Program-made: the position numbers and the translations under genes
NCBI GenBank assembly: GCA_030141605.1
Contig: JAQGDQ010000080.1
Span: 1-64,000 of the forward strand
DNA from: Tubiluchus corallicola
Lineage: Eukaryota > Animalia > Priapulida
Length of the DNA: 64,000 bases
Direction: 5' to 3'
The notes under the pieces: generated by a model
The model's database searches: none
Seen by the model: the letters and a program-made list of their open reading frames with translations, nothing else
What the model was told of the DNA's origin: nothing
Part shown: piece by piece, positions 1-12,200 of the stretch
How positions within the stretch are numbered: position 1 is the stretch's first letter
How the letters are laid out: each line of letters opens with the position of its first letter

Positions 1-68
1 GTCGCGCTATGGCGCTATTAGCAGTTACTAAGACAACGTGGTCTGACGCATTGGGGTGATGGCGGACC

Positions 69-122
69 TTCAGTGGTTATATGAGACAAAAATTTTACTT
101 CAGTGGTTATATAAGACAAAAA
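69..122. repeat. Two-copy direct repeat, 30-bp period, upstream of the ADAM17 ATG
   Basis: ttcagtggttatat(g/a)agacaaaaa at 69 and 99. Confidence 0.85.
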
Positions 123-219
123 CTGTTAATTTTTGAAACTATATTATTAAACAATTATAGCAACTAAGTGGACTTTTTTATTGTTAGTGCTGTTTGTGTT
201 CGCCACTGCTGTATTAATT

Positions 220-295
220 ATGGATTCTTTGAAGAGCTTTGATTGTTATTTGCTAGTTATCTTAGCTTTGTTGACTTTTCAGGCTGGCGCATTTG
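220..295 (+). CDS. ADAM17: ADAM17 exon 1, signal peptide [25 protein letters not shown]
   Basis: ATG at 220, hydrophobic core [10 protein letters not shown], small-residue cleavage region, donor G|GTAAG in phase 1, matching exon 2. Confidence 0.85.
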
Positions 296-3200
296 GTAAG
301 TTCCATTTTTTTCATCAAGTCAGGGTATAGCGCTTAACTGGCAGGACATACCTGTGGCGGGAACACAATGATATAAACACATAGTAGGCACCACTTTACA
401 GATTGACTTTGGGAAGGAAGTGTTTCGTCCCAATTAACCGACTGAATCTACATCAGTACATGCAATAAGTATACTATTACTATATTAACAATACTTATTA
501 CTTATTAGATAACAGGTGTAGTGCTACTAATGTAGAAGTACTGTCCCCACTCTTCAGCTTAGTGTGTGCATTGCAAAGGCTGCGAAAGCTTTAAATGTAG
601 GGTCTTTAGGCTTATGCCCTAATGCAGGGGTGTGCAAAAGAGATCTTGTGCGGGCCCACGAAGAGGTTTGTCAACGTAATAAAAGTGCGGCCCACGCGAT
701 CCAGCTGAAGTCCACGCCACTATCACAAAGATAGTGTGTGTAGTTTTTTCCACTAGATCGGGTGGCATTAGCCCTTACAAGACCGTTGTCACTTAATGTC
801 ACTGTCAGACATGATGAAATTTAACGTTGCTCACTTGGAACACAAAAAACGATGTAATCACAGAACAAGCAAATCACGGACGCCACCATTCAAACGCTCA
901 AATGTGCAAAAAATGCGAGAAGCAATCTGATTGGCTGGTAGGAAGACCAATTAGCCAATCTCTACGCATCTGTTATCGGGCCTGTTGATGTGTCCAGTCG
1001 TCTTCTTAGTCATAGCAGGTAGAACATTTTGACTTGGGTATTTTACAAAATAAATTATAAATAAAATTATAAAATAACCAAGTCAAAATCATCTACCTGC
1101 TATGAACAAGAAGACGACTGGGCAGATCAATTTGTGAGTAGCCAGCAAGCTGAAAAAGTGTGTCACCCCTGATATAGGGGTATTCTCAGATTTTAGTTTC
1201 AGCTTAGGCTTAGTAGTACACGCCTCAATTAGTGGCTATTTCATTGTTTCATCAGATGTAGTGTCCTTATAGATAGGAATCATGGATAAGAAAAAGAGGA
1301 AGATTGAAAAAGAACAACGAGTCAAGACAGATTAATATGCACTGTACTATACAGACTGTGTGATACACATTACTAATTGGCATTACCACTATATGTCGTG
1401 AAAGTAGAAATATACGGTTTTTAATATAAATTTTAATCACTTCTAAAATAGTTTCTTGAGTGTAGTAGTGCAGTAGTAATGATGTGCACAAATCGGATGC
1501 AAAAAATCGTTATTATGTACTACTGTACTTTGCTCCTTGACCAAACTGCATGTGGCCCACAGGAATTGTGGGAATGTTTAACGTGGCCCGGCTAGTCAGA
1601 TAATTTGCTCACCCCGGCCCTAATGCCTTCTTTAGTGATTACATTACAGTGACATCAGGACCTAGAGTTCAACTCGTGTACGGTCCTTTCTCATATTCAT
1701 TTTAAATTTATCGATAGATGGTACATTTACATTATCAGCTGAGAGTAAGTTCCATGGATGGGTCACACGAGAGGCAAAAGAAATGAGAAAGGATATTGGT
1801 TCGGCCATATTCGATGATGAGTTTGGAATCATATAGCCTGGTAGTTCTCTGCATGGTTTTGGGAAGAAATGTTCCTGTTTCACAATTTTATAACAATTCA
1901 TAATATCAGCAGTATGTCGCCGTTGTGGACGTCACTGCAAGTTCTGATTATGGATTAACCTCATATATCTGTCTTGAGTTTTCTCCAAAGCATCTTTCTG
2001 AGTTACGTGCTGCAGTGACCACATCACTGATGTAAATTCCAAAATAACCTGACGAACAACCGCTTTGTGTAAAGGGACTGTAACATTAGCTGATCTTGAA
2101 ATGACGTAACGTTTAATTATAACGATTTGCCTGCGCTATTATATGATTGACATGGGTGTTCCACTTTAGGTCATTGGATACGTAAAAGCCCAAATCACGT
2201 ACGATTCATTGAGATCATTTTGTAAAATAAATTGGTTTAAGTCACTCCAGATTGGGCGACAGGGCTTAAGATTATTCACAAATAAAGGAATGTTTTTGTA
2301 CAAGGAGATATACAATTAACAATAGCATTTATAAATAGAAAAGCAACAAGGCCACTAATGGTACCTTAGGGGATTCCACTAGCTACTGGTTGCCAGCTTG
2401 TAGTTATATACCATTCATAGCAATTTGCTGTCTATGATGAGTTAAGAAAAAATCAAACCATTTTAATGAATTACCACGGATTCCTGAAAACTCCATCTTG
2501 AGCAGTAGCCATCTTAGAGGCATAGAGACAGAGTCAAATGCTTTTCTAAAGTCCAAGTATAAAATATCAAAATTACTCTTTAGTCCATCCGTTTAAGCAA
2601 GAAAGTAAATTAGTTACAACAGAGCGATTTGCTAAAGAGTCATACTGGGTTTTGCAATTACACTCAGAATTAACAAGAAATAGAATTCTGGGCAACAACT
2701 GTTGTTAAAGGAATAGTCCTTAAATTATTGCACAAAGGACTTGCTGAAGATTCCTTTGGAATAGGAGTGACACTTGAGTCAAGCCAGTTCAAAGGAACGG
2801 AGTTGAGACGTTTCTGTAAAAGCAAAAACAATTTTAAAGCAAGTTGGAGGGCACAGGTTTTGAGAATAAAACCATGACCATTGTCCAGGCCTATGGCTTT
2901 AAAAGGTTTCAACTTAATAAGTTTGAGATATACCTCATTTACCGAAAAGGCAATGTTAGTCATACTACTGCAATTCCAACCATAAGACGAGATGGATAAT
3001 TCTACGTTCTCAGGCTCTTGGGTAAAAAAGGATGCAAAAGTATCATAAATGGTAGAAGCAATTGTGGCAGGATCAGTGACAATCCCTTGTTGTTTATTTA
3101 GGATACTGCTTATATAGTTCTAAGGTTTTAAAAAGCATTTGCTATAACAAAAAGATTGTCATTCTAACTGGTTTTACTAGTTAGTTTTTCCTCATACCTG

Positions 3201-6200
3201 TTTGTGGCATCAAGAATTCATAGATTGTCTCAAACTTTGAGAAGCTAGTGTATATTCGGCTTTCACACTATTTAGAGAAGTTACACACCTTTGATTCCAG
3301 ACTTTGTTAGCTTTGGCTTTAACCAGAATCCTTTTCCCAAGGGGCGCAAGCATATTTACGATCATTTGAAGAGGATCCCCCTAGGCTGTGCAAAAGTATT
3401 TACCGCATAATTGTATTTATTGTAGAGGAAGCTCTAACTACTGGTTACATCATAATAAATTAACTCATTGTACCAATCAGTACTAGCAAAATAATCTCTA
3501 ATTTGTGGAACAGAGGTTTTGTTATAATCTCTCCAAGGGTGATTAACTTGATATGAATATTGTTGCATATCCTGTGTTGCATTCGACACAGAAGAAAATA
3601 CTAGTGTCATGGTCACTAGAAGAAAAATCAGGCTTGGCACACAATAAATTTAAATGATCTGGACAGTTTGACAATAAAAATTCAAGAAAATTCCTGTTTC
3701 TAGTGTGAAGATTGTCATTATAAAGTATTATTATAAGATTACTATTATTATAAGAACAAAAGGTGTAAAGGGCTACAGGATCAGGATCAGGATGTGGAAC
3801 AGGATCAGGCCATATCAGGTTTAGAAGATTGAAATCACCACAAACAGTAGTGTCATTATCAAAACCTTTACTTATGTAAGCCCCAGTCATAATTACACAA
3901 TTATACCAGGTATTGAGGTGAGATAAGTCATCACCAGATTAGTGAAGTCACTGACACAATTGAACTGAAGGTCTTGACAGGAATGTTTTTTTTCGGCGAA
4001 AATAAGTATATAGTCTGAAATCTCCTTCACTTCATTATCACAGATTAGAAGATAAAAATCAGGACAATTTCGTTAAGTAGCAAAATTTCTCAAAATTTAA
4101 AATTATTTTTTAGACAAAGGAAAATTCTGTGTCCGTTTACTTCTAGTATCAGCTCTTAGTTGCTGTACGATGTCCACACTTGTAAAATCACAAAGAATAC
4201 TGGCAGATTACTGCCGCTGCATCGGTGGCATAACGGTAACAGTTAACTGATTAAACTTCTTTGAACAAGCAGCACGAGCCTCAAAAAGGAAGCCCCTAGG
4301 AAAGCAAAATGCTACCCTAACGTATTTGCATATTATAAATGTAGCGGCTTACAAAGAAAATGGTACTTACCTGCTTCACGTCTATTATAGTGCACAAAAA
4401 AAGTAAATATGACATAAATGCAGCAAAAGCTCTTTGATCGCCAAAAATGTCTTATTCTAAGTTTATGAAACAAAAATATTGAGTCAGTATCTGGATCGTG
4501 AACGACTGACCTCACAACGGCCAGGTGCTTTAACTGGCCAGTTGCTTATTTAACTGGCCAGTTTTAATTTTCATACTGAACTTTGAACCCAAAGACACTG
4601 GAAAACAATCTTATTGCAAATGTATCAATAATTTTATTTTTACAACAACAAGTTCATGTGATGTTAGACTTTTTTCCTATCTGCTCTGTTTATCAGGTAA
4701 CAATGCTTAATCTTTCACGTAAAACCTTGTCGAATAAGGTTTATAATAAGTTGAATAAAACATAAAGCTCTTGCACATAGCTTGATCAAAAATATTATAT
4801 ACTCTTATTTCTTATAGTCAGGTTGTAAAACAGTAATACATTTTCAGGAATAACTGACATATCAATTTACAAAATGTCCACTCATTTTTCTTGTTTTTTT
4901 CCATGTATATGTTCATAGTTATTCTGTTAGGCAGCAGCTGTCTGTCAGCTAGGCGTGCATTGTGCATTTAAACAGTTATTTCAGTATGAGAGTTTTTGCA
5001 TACAGTATAATACATGCAGACGTTTCTAAGTCAGTTAGGCAACTAATTCTATTAGGTGTTAATTAACCTTTATTAACGTTAATGACCCCAATGTGTCCTA
5101 CTATGATCAAACATGATCTCCTGCAGTGAGATAATGAACCAGCAGAAGTAGGCTGGCTACCATAGCCTACCTAGTACATATACTATGCTACATCCTATGT
5201 GCTATTGTTCATGATAACACTAGGTACAACATGCAAATAGTATACATAATACACCACTGGACCTCATTGTAAGCCGATATGTAAAAGCTACCCATTTTTT
5301 TTATTTCATGCAAATATTTTTTAAACGTGATTTTTTAAATGAGCTTGAATTTAATCATCTCATACATAATATAACTATAACAATGTGATTAATTAGTTAG
5401 TAAAAGAGATGACCAGGGTAGAGAAAAACCAAATGGTCACAGAGTGTTCACTCTTACTCATAATATCTTAATTAATAATACTATGGCAGTGTTCCTGGCA
5501 TTAGTATTAAATTCGTAAGAATGTTTATTTAAAACACAAAATAAACACAAAATGAGAAACTAACAGCGATAACATTTGCACCAACAGAAATACAGTAATG
5601 ATAAAGGTTTGGGAAGCAATTAATGTTGCACCAAACGGATGATCAGTGACAAATTCACCGTATCATAATTATTTTAGGTGTGATTATTTTATTGCTAACT
5701 TGTCGAGCTACTGTTTGTAACTCTTGTAGAAGCAGTGTGAAATCGGACTAATGTTTCCGAAAAAATAAATGATTAATTTACATCATTACTTATCGAAGTA
5801 TAGATTTTCATTATTGAACGAGTTGAATTCGGGCTGGTTGCATTTCATAAATCAACAATTTGAGAAACTTGCAAAATGGTCCATACAGGTGAAGTAAAGG
5901 TGAGTTCGAAAGCATTAAAAACCAACGAGAGTAATATCACAAAACAATAATTAACAAGTATTGAAAAACTAAACCAACTATAAGTAACAAAAAATTTATA
6001 AAGGGTAAAAAATATCCAAATTAATATTTTTCACATAAGTAAGCTGGAGAATATATTGTATAAGTAACACAATTTGAAGCACTATGCAATAGTAAGTTTA
6101 GAGGCTTTGGCCATTAATTGATTTGCCAGTAATTTGTGGAATTTCCATTTAAATTGATCTCCATACTGCTCTGTTGTACAGCCATTCAGTCAATATTTAA

Positions 6201-9200
6201 GAATAAACAAATTTTAGCTAAGAACAACCTTTAATATCAGTGATGATTCAGCAGTCATTTGTTTGAGTTATTGTTTCGAGTTAATCTTTAGAGTATTAAA
6301 TTTCACATATTTTGCTTGACTGATGCTTCTACATGTTAAATGTGTAAATTAGACAAGTAAAGACAAAAATGTAATTGGAAAAAATGCAAAGGTGTAAAGC
6401 ATGCTTAGAACAGCAACTCTAACTTAGCGCAAGTTAAAACGCAGAACAGTCATCTGTGTGATTTCTTGACAAGATTTTGTCTTTGCAGCATGGGATTATA
6501 AAATGAAGTTTCGATTTAGTAAACAGTGGATTTTACTAGGTTAAAGCATTATACGGTTAAATTCCAGTCATAGTGGCTACAATAAGCAGCTGGGTTTATT
6601 ATTACTGAATTTATTAAGCAAATTCTACTGTACTACAGGATGCAGCTTGCACTAGCAGTTGATATGTTTGTGATGTTTTCAGATATTTTGAAAAGTTTGA
6701 AATACTTTGAAACTCTTCATGTTAGCTCTATTCATCATCATATAGAAAAAAGAGGAACAAAAGGCAAAGCTGATCATATAAAAGAGCTGAAGTTTAAAGG
6801 TCTAGGAAGGTAATAGTAAGTTATGCTGTGTTGTGACTTATGTGTAACAGTGTGTGCTGCTGTTATTTAGCTACTTATCTGTTAACATATTAGTTGTTAA
6901 CATATTACATATAACATTTTTGTAGCTGTTGCTTACTAATAATGTGCAGCTAGATTAGAGGTAAAATTTACCATTTTTTACTAATTTGGATAATTGACAT
7001 CACTGTCATCTCCTTATTATTTCCATGTGAGTTTAAACTTTGTGCAAGCATTTGTTCACAACAGGTTCCCTTTATTTCATGCTATCTGTGCATCGATATT
7101 TAAGAAAAATAATTTTGTATCTGTTTAACTTTATATATTAACGTGTAGGAACTTTAGGCTCTACTTGAAGCCGACAGTTGGATTGCTGTCTCCAGATTTT
7201 AAAGCTTACGCTGTGGATGGGTATGGGAATATGTCATCTGTGTACATTGATCGGGAAACATTCTATTCTGGTCATGTATTCGGTGAGTAAAAATTAGTAA
7301 TAACACTTTCATAAATAATTTATAAACAGTGAAGACGTCATTTCCGTCTTGTTGTAGCCTATTTGCAAGAATCAGCTGGTACTCGTGTAAACTAACTACT
7401 TGTTATTTATTATCATTTTTACAGAATTGATGGATACAGCTTCGCATAGCAAAATATAAAAGACCTTTTGGTAGGCTTATACATTTTGGAATTCTTGTAC
7501 GTTAAGGCCTGTCAACTCTATCATCATGTGATATAACACGTGTCTAAAGTAGTTTACAATTTGAAATGTTTGTCATTTTGCATGTCTTAATAACTATGTC
7601 TTTTCTCTGTGAAAGTGTAGGGGAAAAGCACTCATCAGTATCTGCTCATATAGATGATACAAGTGTACTTACTGCAGCTATTTCAACCTCCAATGATGCT
7701 TATTATATTGAGGTATTTTGTCTGTGTATGTGTAGGGTGTCTCAAAAATCGTCATACACTTTGATTCCTAATTTTCTTTTTAAAATTTTCTCCAATCTCA
7801 GCAAGCTTTTATGTGAATCGAAAGTGGTTTTTGGCAATTCTTTTCATTTATTTTCTAACCGGAACCCTGTTGCTATGGTGACGACAGTAACATTAGAAAT
7901 GAGATTGTAAATCAGCCTGGCATGAGGTCCTTTAACCACAATCTAAAGCTCAGTGGAAATTCAGAGCAGACTTAACACTATTTTCTCACTATTAATAATG
8001 TATCCCTTCCTCACCACTCATGGGCTGTGAGAGACTTTCTCAATACATGATAGCCAATTTGCCATATGATAAATCTCTAAAGCCCTGAGTCACTGAAGAA
8101 GAAAGCGAGAGTAACAATGCCTGCTAGCGCAGTAGTTCTTTTGAGATTTTTGTCTACTTTGAGTAAAAGAATTGCCCAAAGCTTTAGTTCATTTTGCTTT
8201 GTTTGTTAAAAATATATAGAAAAGGTAAAGTGTGTAGTTTCTGGGGCACCCTGCTTCTCTTTATTGTAAGCAATTCAATATTGCTGTATTGCAATTCAAT
8301 TGCTGTATTTGTTAGTGGTTACACTTTAATGTGTATTTATCAGTTGAAATAAACAAAAAAGCTTGAATATTGAAACGTGCTTATTACTAGCTAGGTAGTT
8401 TGCATATAGCCAAATTTCATTTTAAAATTATTGTTCCCTTACAAAATTATAATATGCGCTTTTTAAACTTAGTTTTTTTCTACATTTGATGATGACACTA
8501 AATTATGCTTGTTGACTTAATAACTATGGCTGTCAATTTTGTAACAGTCTGTGTAGAAAATGAATAACCAAGTATTGTGCAGACTTGTTTAAGAAAATAA
8601 CTTTAGACAATAGCAAAAAAGGGAGTGGCTCAAGCTACAATAAGTGTGTCATGTTTTCAGTTTAGCCTCATATTTTCTAATTTTGTTTTAGTATAGTTTT
8701 TTAGTTTAGCTTCATATATTACTGTATTGTAAAAGGCACACTTATTCTTTTGCCAAATTATCATTTTTTCATCTTAGCCTATGTGGAGACATAATTCTAC
8801 TGCTGCAAATGATACCATGGTTATGTACAAGGAATCAGACATTGTAAACGAAAATAAAACAGCAAACAGGTGAAAATCACTTTGATAATTTTTCACTCAC
8901 TGTCTCATTTTGACCCACCTTGCATGTAGCAACTGCAGGACATTCAGTTGTTGTTATATTTAATGAATCAAAATGATTGAAACAGGTTTGCAATAGAAGT
9001 GTCTGACTTTTGTCTGTAACACCAAGATCACTGAGCTTTGGTACTAGGCTATGCATACATATACTACATCCAATAATAATCCACATGTGCAATCTTTTCA
9101 ATTGTAATATATATCATGAACATTTTTTTTCTTTCTATCGCTTTCTATATAGGCACAATTTTCAACTGCATCCAAAATGTCTCACATTAATATTATACTA

Positions 9201-12200
9201 GCAAAGGCTCCACAAAATATTTTGCATATAAATACACTTATCATCAATAATACGCAAACATCCTACGCAGTCCTCACTTTGCAGCAGCAGCTTTTACTGA
9301 ATTAAAGCTATAGGCAGAGTATAATGGATGACGTCAGAACAATGGCTTTGCATCAGCAGTTTTCCAAGCGAAAATTGCCGAAAGTAGAAGATCTAATTAA
9401 CTCGTCGATACTCCTTTTGGTGGACATGTCCTAAAATATAGCTCACATCATCGTGTAGCCCTGGTCTTCCTCTTTCTAAAGAGCCGTATACCTCCCTCCG
9501 AGAGTCCCACCAGGCACCACTAGAACATTTTTTCTGCAGGCGGTTTGACCAGAGTTGGGTCCGAGAAAATGCCCATTGTGGGACGCCGTGGCCCTCGCGA
9601 ATTCTAAATATGCCTACTACACCCACCGCTGAATGGGGTATCTATCCATAGCCAGCACCGCCTCGGCCCGTTCCTGTTCTCTAGATCTCAGACGTATAAC
9701 TTTTGCAAAAAACCGCCGAAAAATGGCCATTTTTGAAGGTTTTTCACCCCCCGTTCCTCGCGGTGGGCCCGATTGGAAAAATAAATCCTCAATGGCATGA
9801 CACTAGATCGAGACCTTTCGTTTGATGTATAGATCGCCGCAAATGGTGCCGTCGTCCGAGCTGTAGCCTCGAATCTTATATATATATATAAAACATACCA
9901 GCAGAATTAATATATAGGTGTAGAATGTGATATGTTGGAATTTAGCTGTGCATGCTCTGTACATGTGTGGTGCCAAAGTTTATTTGAATTTTTTTGATAA
10001 GGACTCAAAAATCAGAAGTAAGGATTTAGTAAATATATCTTTTGTCTATGGATTTCATGACCCAAATTGTGTTTTCCAGTTAATTCCAGTGAAAATTAGC
10101 TGGTAGATTAACCGCATCAGTACTGAATTTTGTGACTTATTTTTAGTTTGTGTTCCTATCCTCCATATGCATAAAAAACTTTATGTAGTCCAGTGTAGCA
10201 GCAGGCAGTTTCATTAAAGGGAAAGCCAAGGGTAAAACAACATTCAGTACGTTTTTATACACAATTAAACATATTAAAGTACTGCACACAGTTTAATACA
10301 TGTACACAGAAAGTCTTGTTTAAATGTACAAAACAAAATTACAAAAAGTCTTATATACAGCCAAATGAATCCGACTGCATTCGTGCTTATGAGTTATTAT
10401 GTACGCCTGAACTTCATGACATTTCGTGAGTATGTATCAATAAAATTAATGCAAATTTCTGCAGCTACATTGGGTTCCAGGGATAAAAATTAGATCAGCA
10501 CTGACAGTTAATCAACTTTTTATTTGATTAGCACTTGCTAGTGAATGCTTTTTTCATATTTGTTTTCAAATTTTTAATTTATCCTAGGTATTGTGTGCGT
10601 ATGCTGCACATGTACAATAACAGGGTTCAAATTTAAGCAATTTTTTCTACCAGAAATGGGGAGAGGCAGCTAAAAAAAATTTGCCTGTTTCCATTTTCTT
10701 AATGCATAGAGAATCCTATGCAACATTAATTTTGTGCAGCAATTTGACAACATTACATAGCATGTTTTTCCTTATACACTGACTTCAGTTTATTCTGATC
10801 CATATTTAACGGTAAATTCCTCATTCAACTTATTTTCATAAGACTCGCAAATGACACTGTTTTTATTTTTCGGCTGTTATTCTGTTGTAATACACATACT
10901 GTGTGGCTGATAAGAAATTTGTCCAACCCATCTTAAGAAGTGAATAACAGAACTTTGACAAGCAAAAATCAATCTCCACTTTATATTTCGAGTAAAAATA
11001 TTGAAATATTGATCGCATACATTTTTGTCAAGTATATATGTGTTTCGTCTGTTTCCTTTTATATTTCCACCTTTTTAAAATAGTGCATTCGGTGCTCGAG
11101 TAAGCAGAGCAGTTAAGTTTAGCATGGGTCAGAGAGAATTTCATTATCATGGTAGCATCTTCGTAGTAACACATGAGTGAAAACTTTTGTAATTTAACAT
11201 TTAGATTGGTAGACAACCAGATTACTTTAAATACGCTGTTAACATTACGATTTTATTACATTACATTACACTACATTACTTTACATTACTTAATATTACA
11301 TTACATTACATTACATTACAACATTACATTACAAGTGGGGACATTGCTAACTTCATACGTCGACTCTGAAAAGATACAATGCAGAAAAGACTCATTAATA
11401 CAGAGACCTAGCGAACATGACTTGCTTAGTATACCAGCCATGGTACCAGTGTACAGATGTCTTCTGCCTGTCCTAGTGCAGATTTACCAAAATTTCCGGG
11501 AGGATCTTAAATTTGTGCCCTGAACATTGAACAGGTCATTATGGCGTGGCCATTTGGGCGCCAGACACTTGGGTGCAAGACATTTGGGCACCTGAATCGA
11601 TGCACACTATGCTTGAATAGGAAAATAATTTCTGTATTGCACTGCTTACAGGTGCGGTCTGTTAGGCGAAACTTCTTTTGTTTGTTTAATTATTGCTAAT
11701 TTTTGAAATTTATATAAAGTTTTTGCAAGCAAAAATAATTATTTTCGTGAATAAAGTCATGTAATTGACACTAGAAATAACCAAAACACTCACCACGTGT
11801 AGAAAACGCTGCTGTTGAACATTTCACAAGAGATGCCATAAAGAAGCTTAATCTTGAAAGTGACAATTATGCATTAAGCATTTTTTCTCATTAATTGACC
11901 TGCTTTATTTTGAGTAGGCCGCTAGCATAAACAACGTAACTTATGGCATATCAAGCACTCAATGAATAGTTACAGGCTAACATTAGCTTATCGTCAGCTC
12001 GCTTGGAAAAAAACTGGAAATACTAGGTTGGCTTCTTCTGTTGGTGAACTTTAATTCGCTTTGCTGTTAATGAAAAACTAAATCTCACTGTCCGTGTTAC
12101 TGACATGCTTTGTTTTTTTTTAAATTACTCATAGGGTAATACTGAAGGTGGAGTAACTGCCGAAAGGCAATGTACTGGTTTTCAATTGTGTTAAACATTA

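Noticed and set aside
2210-2232. TGAGATCATTTTG resembling bantam miRNA
   Set aside because: It lies antisense within a decayed LINE RT region and has no upstream hairpin arm.
4365-4373. Perfect minus-strand donor CAG|GTAAGT in intron 1, suggesting an antisense transcript
   Set aside because: Isolated 9-mer with no matching exon or acceptor; plausible by chance in 64 kb.
11173-11523. 116-aa ORF with ITLHY repeats
   Set aside because: Product of the (ATTAC)n microsatellite.
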